From the IMG/VR virus record IMGVR_UViG_642918914_000001, positions 167,256 through 231,255 of that record: a stretch of 64,000 nt of DNA; one strand, written 5' to 3'. The position numbers and the translations under genes were made by a program. The notes beneath the pieces are model-generated. The model was not told the DNA's origin, ran no database searches, and saw only the letters and a program-made list of their open reading frames with translations. Of the stretch, positions 19,746-28,575 are shown in pieces. The stretch's first letter is position 1; each line of letters begins with the position of its first letter. This DNA is from a virus. Taxonomy: Duplodnaviria; Caudoviricetes.

Positions 19746-20091
19746 GGAAGTCCACGTCCTCTACGTCAGTGTTGCTAGGGGCCGCTAGTCGCGGCCGGGG
19801 TTGGGGCAATGCCAGCGCCGTTCGGTCAACACGTGGAGGCGCTTGATACACTTCAAGCGACGGGATGACGAATGTTCTTTCATCTCGCCACACACTGCTC
19901 TTTACCGGTGCCACGCACACATACCACTTCTCGTTGTCGTGTGCGAAGCAGAACGGTTCTTTGGGGCGCAGTTGCGACAGATAGGTGGTGACCACCTGAC
20001 CGTCGCGGTACACTTCGATCTCGCGATCATTCGGCCCTTGCTGCTGGCTTACGTCGCGCTGTGCTACGTACGGCACCAGTTCCATCTTCAC
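19693..20091 (-). CDS. Hypothetical protein
   Basis: ORF with AGGAGG RBS. Confidence 0.5.
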   Translation of the reverse strand: MKMELVPYVAQRDVSQQQGPNDREIEVYRDGQVVTTYLSQLRPKEPFCFAHDNEKWYVCVAPVKSSVWRDERTFVIPSLEVYQAPPRVDRTALALPQPRPRLAAPSNTDVEDVDFHARDYPDSPADRDSEGG

Positions 20092-20425
20092 CTCCTAACG
20101 CAGACAACATCTTCTGGAGCTTGAGGATGCGCGACTGAAGCTGGACCTTACGGCGCTCAACGATTTCTTTCAGCGCGCCAGCATCTGGGCCGTAGAGCTT
20201 CGCCACCCACTGAAGCTTGGTGACGACCACCACTTCAACGTTGTTGGCGCCTGCGTCAAGCTGCACCAGCGCGTCATCACCGTAGAAGTCGATCTTCTCG
20301 TCGATGATGGCGCGCAACTGAGCGAGCGACCCGCAGAAATCACTGAGCGAGTCGATATAGACAGCGCCCGGCACAGTGATGAGTCGCGTAGTCTTCAGCT
20401 CTTCACGAAAATCTTCAAGACTCAT
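20027..20425 (-). CDS. Hypothetical protein
   Basis: ORF with GAGG RBS; 3' end possibly frameshifted. Confidence 0.5.
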   Translation of the reverse strand: MSLEDFREELKTTRLITVPGAVYIDSLSDFCGSLAQLRAIIDEKIDFYGDDALVQLDAGANNVEVVVVTKLQWVAKLYGPDAGALKEIVERRKVQLQSRILKLQKMLSALGGEDGTGAVRSTARRKPAARAE

Positions 20426-20440
20426 AGGAACCTCTAAGGG

Positions 20441-20830
20441 TTAGTCAAGAAATACGGCGTGGCCGTCTTGAATCCAGCCATGCCACAGACCACCAGCCGA
20501 ACCGTCGATCGACGGATGGACGGTGATGTTGTCGAATGTGGCTGCGTCAGGATCAGGACTGCACAACCACGTGATGTTGGAATACGCGTCGCCTGTAACG
20601 CCTTGGACTCGCGTCCAGCCGTGTTCAGGATTCTTACCCTCGGCGATCTGCAAATCGGCCAACGCCGCAGTGAACAGCGCGTGCTGCTCACGCCAGCCAA
20701 CAGACTGGAACATGCACGACTGATAGAAGCTCTTGTCGGGCATCGGGCAGCGGAAGATGAAGCCAACGCGCTGTCCGTCGGCCACCAGCCAACGAGGGTC
20801 AAGCGTGTTGAGTGGGATTCGCGTTGGCAT
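20441..20830 (-). CDS. Hypothetical protein (DUF6527-like motif pattern)
   Basis: GFIFRCP...ITVHPSID...WHGWIQDG. Confidence 0.45.
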   Translation of the reverse strand: MPTRIPLNTLDPRWLVADGQRVGFIFRCPMPDKSFYQSCMFQSVGWREQHALFTAALADLQIAEGKNPEHGWTRVQGVTGDAYSNITWLCSPDPDAATFDNITVHPSIDGSAGGLWHGWIQDGHAVFLD

Positions 20831-21163
20831 TAGCCGTCTGCTCCTCGAAGATTTCCATGCGCGCCAGCACATAGCGGATGTCGTCGATGCTGTAGTACTC
20901 ACCGAACAGCTGAACGAACGGACGACCACCGTACATGTACGGGGGATTGGTGTCCACCTCCTTCACGAGGTCGCGCTGTGCGCGGCGCAGTGCCGATTCA
21001 CGTTCTTGGGGCGTCATATACGTACAGGTCAGGTTTGGTTCCGAGACGAGCGGCAACACCGGCAGACGTCAGCAGCAAGTCCTTGTATCGGCCAAGCGGA
21101 ATCTGGTCGATGTACTCGATCACCGGCTTCTGCCCGAAGTGGACATTGAAATCCATCGCCGCC

Positions 21164-21511
21164 TCACTTACAGTCAGAAGCTGTGATGAACAGCGACCAT
21201 TCGGGGTCGTTCTTGATGGTCGGATTTGCGAAGAATTGAATCGGCTGATCCACGCCCTGCTCCTTCATGAGAGCAGCGTATTCCTGACACAGGACCAACT
21301 TGTTCTCACCGTTGAGAGCGGGATAGTAGGTGGGTCGCGCGCACACCGTGATCAGCTGCACGAGCTCGATGTCGGAGTTCTGAGACTTGATCTGGTTGAA
21401 AGCTTCACGCAGCTTGGGAATCGCGTCGTTGGCTTCCTGCATAGTCTGCAAATTTCCAAGGACATTCTTCATTGCCGCAGTAACGGTCTGAGCGTGCTTG
21501 GATTGATTCAT
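21164..21511 (-). CDS. Hypothetical protein
   Basis: ORF with GAGG RBS. Confidence 0.55.
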   Translation of the reverse strand: MNQSKHAQTVTAAMKNVLGNLQTMQEANDAIPKLREAFNQIKSQNSDIELVQLITVCARPTYYPALNGENKLVLCQEYAALMKEQGVDQPIQFFANPTIKNDPEWSLFITASDCK

Positions 21512-21543
21512 GTGAACCTCGAGGGTTAAACAGATTTGCTTTC

Positions 21544-21669
21544 TGGGCGACCGGAAGGAATCGAACCTCCGTCTGCAGGTACCAATCTCAGCATTCGATC
21601 CGGCCTGTTAAGGTTCCCGCGTGTCTAGCGCCGAGATGCACTGCAATTCTGCCACTGAACTACGATCGC
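21544..21669 (-). ncRNA. tRNA-like RNA with a 62-nt structured insert replacing the anticodon loop
   Basis: Acceptor GCGATCG/CGGTCGC then CCA; D arm GTTC-AGTGGCA-GAAT; stem TGCAG/CTGCA; T arm GGAGG-TTCGATT-CCTTC; insert contains an ATCTCGGC/GCTGAGAT stem. Confidence 0.72.
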
Positions 21670-21706
21670 GTTGATGCTTTCTGGGCAGCCCTCGGCAGAA
21701 GGCGTC

Positions 21707-21952
21707 CTAGAAAGTTGTTACTTCGTACTTGCGTCCGTGAAACTGGGCGATCCAAATCTCCTGGTCCTGATGCGTGCAGAAGATCTGGTCACCAAGATCT
21801 TCGCGACGCACGAATATTGTGCATTTGATCTTGGCAAACTTCTCGTCAGCATGAAGCACTTGGTAGGTATTCCACTGGCCTTTGAGCTCGACCAAAGAGC
21901 CTTTCGTTAGCAGTTGCATGTCGAAGAACGGTTGAAAGTCCAGGGATTTCAT
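21707..21952 (-). CDS. Hypothetical protein
   Basis: ORF with GGAGGAG RBS. Confidence 0.55.
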   Translation of the reverse strand: MKSLDFQPFFDMQLLTKGSLVELKGQWNTYQVLHADEKFAKIKCTIFVRREDLGDQIFCTHQDQEIWIAQFHGRKYEVTTF

Positions 21953-21969
21953 CGTAGCTGATCTCCTCC

Positions 21970-22388
21970 CTGGACTTCGGGCACTAACCCCAATCTAACT
22001 GTTCGTTACATCCACCCTAGTTACGATAATGAGAAAACCCGACCCTCTACCGCTGAGGTACCGCCGTCCTTAATCAACTCGTGAGAATTGACTAAGGCAC
22101 GGCGGACGGGATTCGAACCCGCGTCTTTCAGGCTTAACCATGGCTTCTTAGAGTAATCGCCATGGCAGGGTGCCGAACTACTGAACTTAGATTGCTTACA
22201 GGTCACACGTTAGAGGTAATACGCGAACGATAATCGAACTCGACGCCTGATTAGGGCGTTGCGTCTACCAGTTTCGCCACTCCTACATCAAACACGCTGC
22301 AAGCAACACGCTTGATGCAGGAGGTTGGATTCGAACCAACAGTGAGTTCCGTATAACGCTAACGACTACGCTAACGCTTCCTCTATGC
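21970..22388 (-). ncRNA. Structured RNA with two circularly permuted tRNA-like domains (YrlA-like topology)
   Basis: In each domain the T arm precedes the D arm and the acceptor stem is closed by a long hairpin (cores at 22236-22349 and 22035-22135); closing helices 22211-22216/22380-22385 and 21976-21984/22170-22177; GCAGTAAATA motif directly upstream. Confidence 0.8.
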
Positions 22389-22401
22389 TTTATTTACTGC
22401 T

Positions 22402-22429
22402 GGGACTACCGCCGAGTGTTGGTAGTCCC
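22402..22429. other. 9-bp hairpin between the 22437-23234 stop and the permuted-tRNA RNA
   Basis: GGGACTACC-N10-GGTAGTCCC; no U-tract. Confidence 0.6.
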
Positions 22430-22436
22430 GAAATCC

Positions 22437-23234
22437 TTACACCTGATTGCTGGCCGGCGACGTGCGCAGCGGTCCCAGGATCAGGTCGGCGAGACGCTGG
22501 CCGATGTTGTCAACCGTTTCCACCTGCACGCTGTTGGCGCGAGTACGAGCGGCCTTGGTCTCGACGATCAGTTCATCGATGATGGCCAGCGCCTGCGCCT
22601 TCTGCAGTGCAGTAGTGGCGCCACTCACCGTGTTGATGGTGAAGGTGCCGACCACCTTGTCGGTCGTCACTTCCTTGACTTGTGCCGGATGCTTGTCGGT
22701 TGCTTCGTACAGCACGACCGGGGTCATCACCTTCTCGGTCTTCGTGGCGACTTGCGGCTGCGTGGCGCGCCACGTGCCGGGTTGCGCAGCGCTTGCGTCC
22801 GGCGCCCAGCCCTTCGACGCGTCGAGCGTCGGAATCTGGGTGAACAGCTTGCGGAGTTCGTTGAGGCGGACTTCCAGCCCCATGAGCTCGTCCACCGGCA
22901 CGTTGGTGGCAATTGCCTGACCGTTGTACATCAGATCGGCGACAGCCTTGGTGTTGGTCACGTTCTTCGTGAAGAGCGTCTGCTCGGCCTTGGCCCAATA
23001 GGTGAGATAGTAGTCGAGCGTGGCGAGCACCGTCGTCGGCAGTTCCTTGTCCTGACGCGCCGCCGCTTCGATCTTGGCATTCGACGGATCGTCGGTCAGC
23101 AGTTCGAGGGTCTTCGTGAAGCCGGTGAAATACTGATCGCCCTTGGCGAACTTGTTCTGCGTGTCAGCGGTCAGCTGATCACGTGCGTTGATCACAGTCT
23201 TTTCAGCTGCGAGAATTTCGTGGAGTTGTGCCAT
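22437..23234 (-). CDS. Conserved uncharacterised protein (recalled as DUF7873-like; needs verification), candidate partner of the downstream RNA
   Basis: MAQLHEILAAEK, NVPVDELMGLE, IPTLD, KTEK...VLYEATDKHPAQV, SGA, KAARTRAN; strong codon bias; own GTAAATA motif. Confidence 0.75.
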   Translation of the reverse strand: MAQLHEILAAEKTVINARDQLTADTQNKFAKGDQYFTGFTKTLELLTDDPSNAKIEAAARQDKELPTTVLATLDYYLTYWAKAEQTLFTKNVTNTKAVADLMYNGQAIATNVPVDELMGLEVRLNELRKLFTQIPTLDASKGWAPDASAAQPGTWRATQPQVATKTEKVMTPVVLYEATDKHPAQVKEVTTDKVVGTFTINTVSGATTALQKAQALAIIDELIVETKAARTRANSVQVETVDNIGQRLADLILGPLRTSPASNQV

Positions 23235-23292
23235 GATGAGAATGAAGATGGTTAGGTTGGTGGCGCATAGTGGCACCGCCTACTATTTACTG

Positions 23293-23634
23293 CTACAGAA
23301 GGGAGCCTACGGCATCGGTGTTCTGCTCAACAACCAACACCTGCTTCTCGATCCAGTACCCAACGTGGCTCCGGCACCATTTCAGACCACGATCTTTCTT
23401 GATGCCGAGGTCGCCGTGTCCACCGTGGATGCGGCAATGCTCTTCGTAGTCGGCCAGCAGCTTGATGCGCATTGCGCGGTACGCTCCAGCTTTCGTTGTG
23501 TGGTGTGATACAGGATACGCAGCGCTTTCGTAGATGCACGGATTGTGCATGAACGTGAAGCACGGCAGGTGGATGTGAGCTTCCAAGAACTTAGGCGCGC
23601 TGAAGCCTACGAGCGTGATCTGATCTTCGCGCAT
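23293..23634 (-). CDS. Hypothetical protein
   Basis: ORF in gene run. Confidence 0.45.
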   Translation of the reverse strand: MREDQITLVGFSAPKFLEAHIHLPCFTFMHNPCIYESAAYPVSHHTTKAGAYRAMRIKLLADYEEHCRIHGGHGDLGIKKDRGLKWCRSHVGYWIEKQVLVVEQNTDAVGSLL

Positions 23635-23637
23635 GGC

Positions 23638-24093
23638 CTATCCGAGGATGATGACTTGTTGGTCGGCATCCCGGATCAGATACGAGTACATGGCCATCAG
23701 ATCAGCGGGCGTTATGAACAGTCCCTCTTCCATCCAGATTCGCGGATGCGGAGTGCTCAGATACTTGCCATTCAGCACCGTCTCCACATTCGTCACCGCG
23801 ACATGGTGCTTGCCCAACTTCTGCAGCGTACGCCGCAGGTGCTCAACAGAGCGCTGGTCCCGCGTCGTTACATACAGGTCTCCAGGCTCTGCCATATTAA
23901 GAGCAGCGGTGGTCTTTCCGGTGCGCATGCCGGTACCCAATCGGATCGTACGCATGTCACGCACCCAATGCTGAGTTGCGGCGGGCCCCCGACGCATGTG
24001 GGGCAGAAGGCCCTGTGAATTCTCTCGCAAGCCTTCGTTGATATCGAGGGCCAAGCGCACAAGCTCAGCGAAACGAAATTGATTGGGGTTCAT
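23638..24093 (-). CDS. Small P-loop-like protein
   Basis: GMRTGKTT Walker A-like; IWMEE Walker B-like. Confidence 0.45.
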   Translation of the reverse strand: MNPNQFRFAELVRLALDINEGLRENSQGLLPHMRRGPAATQHWVRDMRTIRLGTGMRTGKTTAALNMAEPGDLYVTTRDQRSVEHLRRTLQKLGKHHVAVTNVETVLNGKYLSTPHPRIWMEEGLFITPADLMAMYSYLIRDADQQVIILG

Positions 24094-24614
24094 ACGATAA
24101 CTCCAGTTGCAGTGAAGTACCGAATGGGAGCAACCGGGGTGAAGAACATGTCCACCGGTTGCTGCCAGTTCCGAGACAAATGGAGGCGATAGTTCTGGCG
24201 GATACGTCGACGCGATTTGTTGAGGAGGCGAGTGGGTCCACGCTGTGCGTACTTGCGCGGCGTGTGCCACTCGAACCAATTAGGGCGTTCGCCCTTTGGG
24301 TCTTTCATCTCGTGCAGTTCGTGGATCCGACCCTTACGGTCCATGATCCACTTCACTACGCGATACTGAGGGCCAAGCTCCACCTTGAATCCAGGGACAA
24401 TGGCGCCCGATCCGCGCAATTGCTCAAGGTATGACTGGATACCAATCAGGATCTGCTGACGAGTGTACTCGTTACCGCAGTCTTTGTCGTCAAACAGTTC
24501 TTTCGGCACAAGGAACGCATCCTGCAGCGACTGCTTGATGATTTCTTGCACACGGCGCACGTCTTCAGACAGTGGATTGGCGTTGGGTAAGGTCCCGTGT
24601 TCAATCAGTGACAC
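24090..24614 (-). CDS. Hypothetical protein, weak tail-sheath C-terminal-like segments
   Basis: IQSYLEQLRGSGAI..GFKV and VDMFFTPVAPIRYF. Confidence 0.35.
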   Translation of the reverse strand: MSLIEHGTLPNANPLSEDVRRVQEIIKQSLQDAFLVPKELFDDKDCGNEYTRQQILIGIQSYLEQLRGSGAIVPGFKVELGPQYRVVKWIMDRKGRIHELHEMKDPKGERPNWFEWHTPRKYAQRGPTRLLNKSRRRIRQNYRLHLSRNWQQPVDMFFTPVAPIRYFTATGVIV

Positions 24615-25272
24615 GATCAGCTCCCAAAGACTGCGTCAGATAGTGACGCACAGCGTCCGCCATCTGGTCACGGATAGCGAGCGGCATATTGTTGTACGCG
24701 AGTACGAACAGCGCGTATTCCGGCTCTTCCCTGCGATGCGTACCGCACAACATCTCGGCGAGGAGCTGGCCAACCGACACCTTGACTGTGTCCTGCACCG
24801 CTTCAGGCAGCGGACTGTGATTGGGCTTCGACGCTTGCTTGGCACGGATCTTCTCGATCTTGGTCCAGATGCGCGTGAGTTCGGTTTCGCCGTCCTGATG
24901 CATGTCGCGACCCTGCGCCAAGCACAGCGCGGCCAGCGTAACCATGACCCCACCTACTTCCTGATACACTTCGCCAACTGGACGGCCGAACACGTAGTCC
25001 ACAAGCTGATGCGCTTCGCTGGCGGTGCAGCCACACGCTTGCACCAGCTCCAGGGCTTCTTCAAGGAAGCGATGGTTGCGTTCCACAACGTCCGCGGACA
25101 CTGCGGGGCCGAAGCATTCCATCATCCAGGGCTGGACTCGTGCCTGGAACGAGGGCTGGCTGGCCTTGGCACTGACGAATTGCTCCAGCTCGTGATAGCC
25201 GCTGTTGCGCAGTACGCGGCGCGCGTTTTCAGCGCTAACTTCGTACGAAGGACCATCATCATCGAACGTCAT
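24601..25272 (-). CDS. MazG-like nucleotide pyrophosphohydrolase-fold protein
   Basis: RFLEEALELVQA...QEVGGVMVTLAALC. Confidence 0.55.
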   Translation of the reverse strand: MTFDDDGPSYEVSAENARRVLRNSGYHELEQFVSAKASQPSFQARVQPWMMECFGPAVSADVVERNHRFLEEALELVQACGCTASEAHQLVDYVFGRPVGEVYQEVGGVMVTLAALCLAQGRDMHQDGETELTRIWTKIEKIRAKQASKPNHSPLPEAVQDTVKVSVGQLLAEMLCGTHRREEPEYALFVLAYNNMPLAIRDQMADAVRHYLTQSLGADRVTD

Positions 25273-25273
25273 C

Positions 25274-25816
25274 TTAGCCCTCTCTTGGGGTACGTTGGAC
25301 TGTTGTCGTATGCGAGCCGCGCAATTGGCTCTGCAGCTTCTCGATGTGAAGCTCCATCTCGTGGACCAGTCCCTTGGGTTCACTCACCGAGTAGAAGTCC
25401 ATAAGCTGCTTCCACTCCTCTGGATACACTGGATCCTGCGGCACCATGTAGTAGATGCTGTCGACCGCCACGATCCCGTCTCCGGAGTAGTGCGGGTCCC
25501 ACACCATCTTGCTCTTGGACCACACGGTCGCATGGCTGATAGACAGATCGCGGGGCGAACGCCCGACTGCGATGTAGAACTCAGGCACTTCGCCGTTGTC
25601 CCAAGGATGACCCTGTTCCCAGAGATAATCCATCTTGTGGGCTGTGGACAGCCATTCCACGACGCGAGCCGTGTGGTCGTTGCGCCCGAACATGTCTTCG
25701 AACGGCGGCACCATCCACAGAGGGAGTTCGAGAATCGACGCCAAGCACGCGGCAAGACAGTTGCCGTTATGGATTGCGTTCTTGGCGTACAGCTTTGACT
25801 GGAGAACAGGTTTCAT
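25274..25816 (-). CDS. Papain/C39-like fold hypothetical protein
   Basis: GNCLAACLASIL...HATV...VWDP (Cys-His-Asp). Confidence 0.5.
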   Translation of the reverse strand: MKPVLQSKLYAKNAIHNGNCLAACLASILELPLWMVPPFEDMFGRNDHTARVVEWLSTAHKMDYLWEQGHPWDNGEVPEFYIAVGRSPRDLSISHATVWSKSKMVWDPHYSGDGIVAVDSIYYMVPQDPVYPEEWKQLMDFYSVSEPKGLVHEMELHIEKLQSQLRGSHTTTVQRTPREG

Positions 25817-26272
25817 GTTGGATCTGCGATAGTTTTGAGAAGGACGCCAAACCACTTAACACGCGGCATCACCCAGTAGATGAAGAACGCGAAGTTCTCG
25901 ACATCCACCTCCACAGCGTCTCGCAGTGGATAGATAGCAACCAGCGTCACTCCAGGAAACGATTCGAGATGCTTTATGTTTGCCTGCATGTCCATCGGTG
26001 GTCCACGATGATACAGCTTGAAGCGCGCGACGCTCATGATCTACGCTCTTATTGGTTGGATGGCGCTGGCCGACAGTCACAGTGAGGGGCAACTCGCACA
26101 TCAGGTCGCTTGTCAGCCTGATCGATGTACGAACGATTCCAGAAGATGAGGAAGGCTAGTGCCAGCAGGCCAAGCATTACAACGCCTGCTCCGTCGTATG
26201 GACTGGCATTCCACCACGTCCACACCACAAAAAGCACAACTACCACGGTCACTACGATATGAAAGATGGCGG

Positions 26273-26776
26273 TCATAAACGTCGCTCCAAAAGGCGCCGC
26301 ATGAAGCCCTTGCGGTTTACAGTCTGGTGCAGGACTGCAGCCATTGCTTCACCGGCTTTCTTATGTTGCTCAGCAATGTAGGCTGCTCGTTGGTCTGGCG
26401 TCATGGTCGCGAGCAATGCTTCGCGCGCTTTGGCCTCGCGCGTGTACTGCTGAATGCGTTCCCACTCGTCGTAGTCTGGGGTCCACGCAACACCTGAGCG
26501 CCACACAGCGATCAGTGAACCATCCAGGAATTGAGCCGCCCATTCGGTACGATCGTAGAAGTGCAGGATGCCGTGGAAGTTCTGATCACCGACCAAACGC
26601 AGTTCGCCGTAGTATTCAGGCGTGTACCGCAGGAGGCGCCCTTCACGCGTGATCTCGTACACATCCATGTCGCAGCCTAAGTCCTTCGTCTGGAAGGGGC
26701 CGTCCTGTTGACCATGGAAGTTGTTGGGGTCGTTCTTCGGCAACCAATCACAGAGCACGTAGTCAAAGCACGACAT
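26273..26776 (-). CDS. Hypothetical protein
   Basis: MSCFDYV...FQTKDLGC conserved phage-type motif. Confidence 0.55.
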   Translation of the reverse strand: MSCFDYVLCDWLPKNDPNNFHGQQDGPFQTKDLGCDMDVYEITREGRLLRYTPEYYGELRLVGDQNFHGILHFYDRTEWAAQFLDGSLIAVWRSGVAWTPDYDEWERIQQYTREAKAREALLATMTPDQRAAYIAEQHKKAGEAMAAVLHQTVNRKGFMRRLLERRL

Positions 26777-26955
26777 CTAGGAATCCTCCTTCAGCAATCG
26801 CTGCTTCGTTTGTTCGAATTCAGACTCCAGCGCAGGAAAGTCATACGACTGTTCGCTACTGAGGAGGCAGTTGGAACACAAGAAGCGCGGATAGCGGCGC
26901 ACCGCCTTGTGTCCACTGGGACTTACGCAGAAGTGCGCCGCTATTACTTCGTCCG

Positions 26956-27456
26956 TCACGGCAGGTTCGCGGACTGGCCGGGGATCGTTGGGCCGGCGAT
27001 ACCAGCGTCCGGAGAGTAGCCGTCGGTGATCAGGGTCGTTCGCTGCTCGCTTCCACCGCCATTCGGACTGCCGACGAAGGATTGCACTCCGTTGCGAACG
27101 GTGTTCGGGGCGAAGACGATGCGCATGGCCTGCTCGAAGGTCGAGGCACGAGCCTGCGACACTGCCGCAGCCTTTTCCAGGTCCGTGACCTTGGCTTCGC
27201 GTTCGGCCACGGCCTTTTCGCGGTCAGCGATCTTGGTCAGTTGTTCGCTCTGCGTACGATTCCGCGCCTCAAGCTGCGACACTTGAGTCTTCAGATCGTC
27301 GATGCGATTCAGGCGCGTGCTGAGTTCGCGCTCCGCTTCTTCCAGCCGTTGCTTGATGCCGTTGAGTGCAGTGACGCCGTCCAGCGAAAGGAGGCGCTGG
27401 CTGACCATGTTTTCGAGAACGGTCTCGAGTTCTTTCTTCAGATCGGTAGTGGACAT
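26956..27456 (-). CDS. Coiled-coil hypothetical protein
   Basis: Heptad-rich ORF. Confidence 0.6.
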   Translation of the reverse strand: MSTTDLKKELETVLENMVSQRLLSLDGVTALNGIKQRLEEAERELSTRLNRIDDLKTQVSQLEARNRTQSEQLTKIADREKAVAEREAKVTDLEKAAAVSQARASTFEQAMRIVFAPNTVRNGVQSFVGSPNGGGSEQRTTLITDGYSPDAGIAGPTIPGQSANLP

Positions 27457-27482
27457 GATGTGGTTAGATTGTTGTGGTACGT

Positions 27483-28187
27483 TTAGACTTCAAGGAACAG
27501 CGAAGGAGCGGGAACGCCCAGCACATTCGCGCTGCTATGCAGGCACGCCATGAGACTGCCCCATGCGCTACGATGCTTGTCACGGATCCAATAGCCGGTG
27601 GCCTTGTCCGTGATGATTGCGGCCAGAGTCTGCCCACGGATAACCATGGGCACGACCGCCGTGTTGGCATGCACGTAGTTCACCTCGAACAACTGAGGAT
27701 CGTTGATGCCCAGCTCTTCGACCTTCGCATCAAAGGTCGATGGGCTGTACTCGCCAATGATCACCATGATGGTGGCCTTGGGCAAACACTGATGAACTCG
27801 GACCAGCGCCGATCGCAACGCAGCCGGGTTCAGGAAATCGTGTTGCTGCGCGCTGGTCGGGTACGCGGCTTGCGTCTGCTGTTCGTGCAGTCGCTGCTGC
27901 AACAGGTAGCCTTCCAGTTCCCAGATCTTCTCGACGGCGTTGGCTCGCGAGATTTTGCGGCCTTGCTCTTCGCGGAAGTTGGCGGGCGAAACCACGGCCG
28001 ATTCGCCGCGCACCGAGAAGCCGTTCTTCAACAGCAGCTCGCACACCATGACCTTGCCGCTGGGCAGAACGGTATAGGTCTCGCTAACGATCAGGCTATG
28101 CACGTACTCCGGTTCCAGTCGCGGAGCGTTGAGTCCTGCTTCTTTCAGACTCTGCTCCAATTCACGTTCTGCTTGGGTAATGGTCAT
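27483..28187 (-). CDS. N4 Gp49/Sf6 gp66-family domain protein with C-terminal extension
   Basis: APRLEPEYV...VCELLLKNGFSVRGESAVVSPANFREEQGRKISRANAVEKIWELEGYLL. Confidence 0.75.
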   Translation of the reverse strand: MTITQAERELEQSLKEAGLNAPRLEPEYVHSLIVSETYTVLPSGKVMVCELLLKNGFSVRGESAVVSPANFREEQGRKISRANAVEKIWELEGYLLQQRLHEQQTQAAYPTSAQQHDFLNPAALRSALVRVHQCLPKATIMVIIGEYSPSTFDAKVEELGINDPQLFEVNYVHANTAVVPMVIRGQTLAAIITDKATGYWIRDKHRSAWGSLMACLHSSANVLGVPAPSLFLEV

Positions 28188-28226
28188 GATGAGGTGGGTG
28201 TTGGTTGCTGTGTAGGGTATTTACCC

Positions 28227-28571
28227 CTACGCAAAGTCGGTGAACAACGCCATGGGCATGTCGTCCACCCAGATGCTGGGATTGAGGCCGCGGTCTTGGC
28301 AATACTTGAGCTTGGCGGCGCGCGACGTGGGCACAATCCACGCGCAGGCCTCAAGCACGCTTGGGTGCATGCTGCGCACTTCATGCGGGGCACGCATGGT
28401 GACGATCACGACGAAGTACCCGGCGTCCGCTGCAGAGCGGATGAACTGAAGCCAGAAGGGGAAGTTGGTGGTGATCGTGCCGTCGTAGTCCAGCGCTATG
28501 ATCTTGCGCTCACCGGCACGCTGCAACAGAAATTCAAAGTAGAGCCGTTCGTTGTCTTCGAGACGTTCCAT
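28227..28571 (-). CDS. Small HAD-superfamily protein
   Basis: IALDYDGTIT, IVTMR, IWVDDMP. Confidence 0.7.
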   Translation of the reverse strand: MERLEDNERLYFEFLLQRAGERKIIALDYDGTITTNFPFWLQFIRSAADAGYFVVIVTMRAPHEVRSMHPSVLEACAWIVPTSRAAKLKYCQDRGLNPSIWVDDMPMALFTDFA

Positions 28572-28575
28572 GTTC

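Noticed and set aside
22021-22206. 61-aa ORF on the minus strand
   Set aside because: Overlaps the permuted tRNA-like structure, has no clear RBS and an atypical composition.
22099-22286. One conventional tRNA or tmRNA made from the D arm of domain 1 and the T arm of domain 2
   Set aside because: The acceptor strands would not pair (GTAGGAG vs CCGCCGT); each pairs within its own permuted domain, and there is no Ala G3-U70 identity or evident tag frame.
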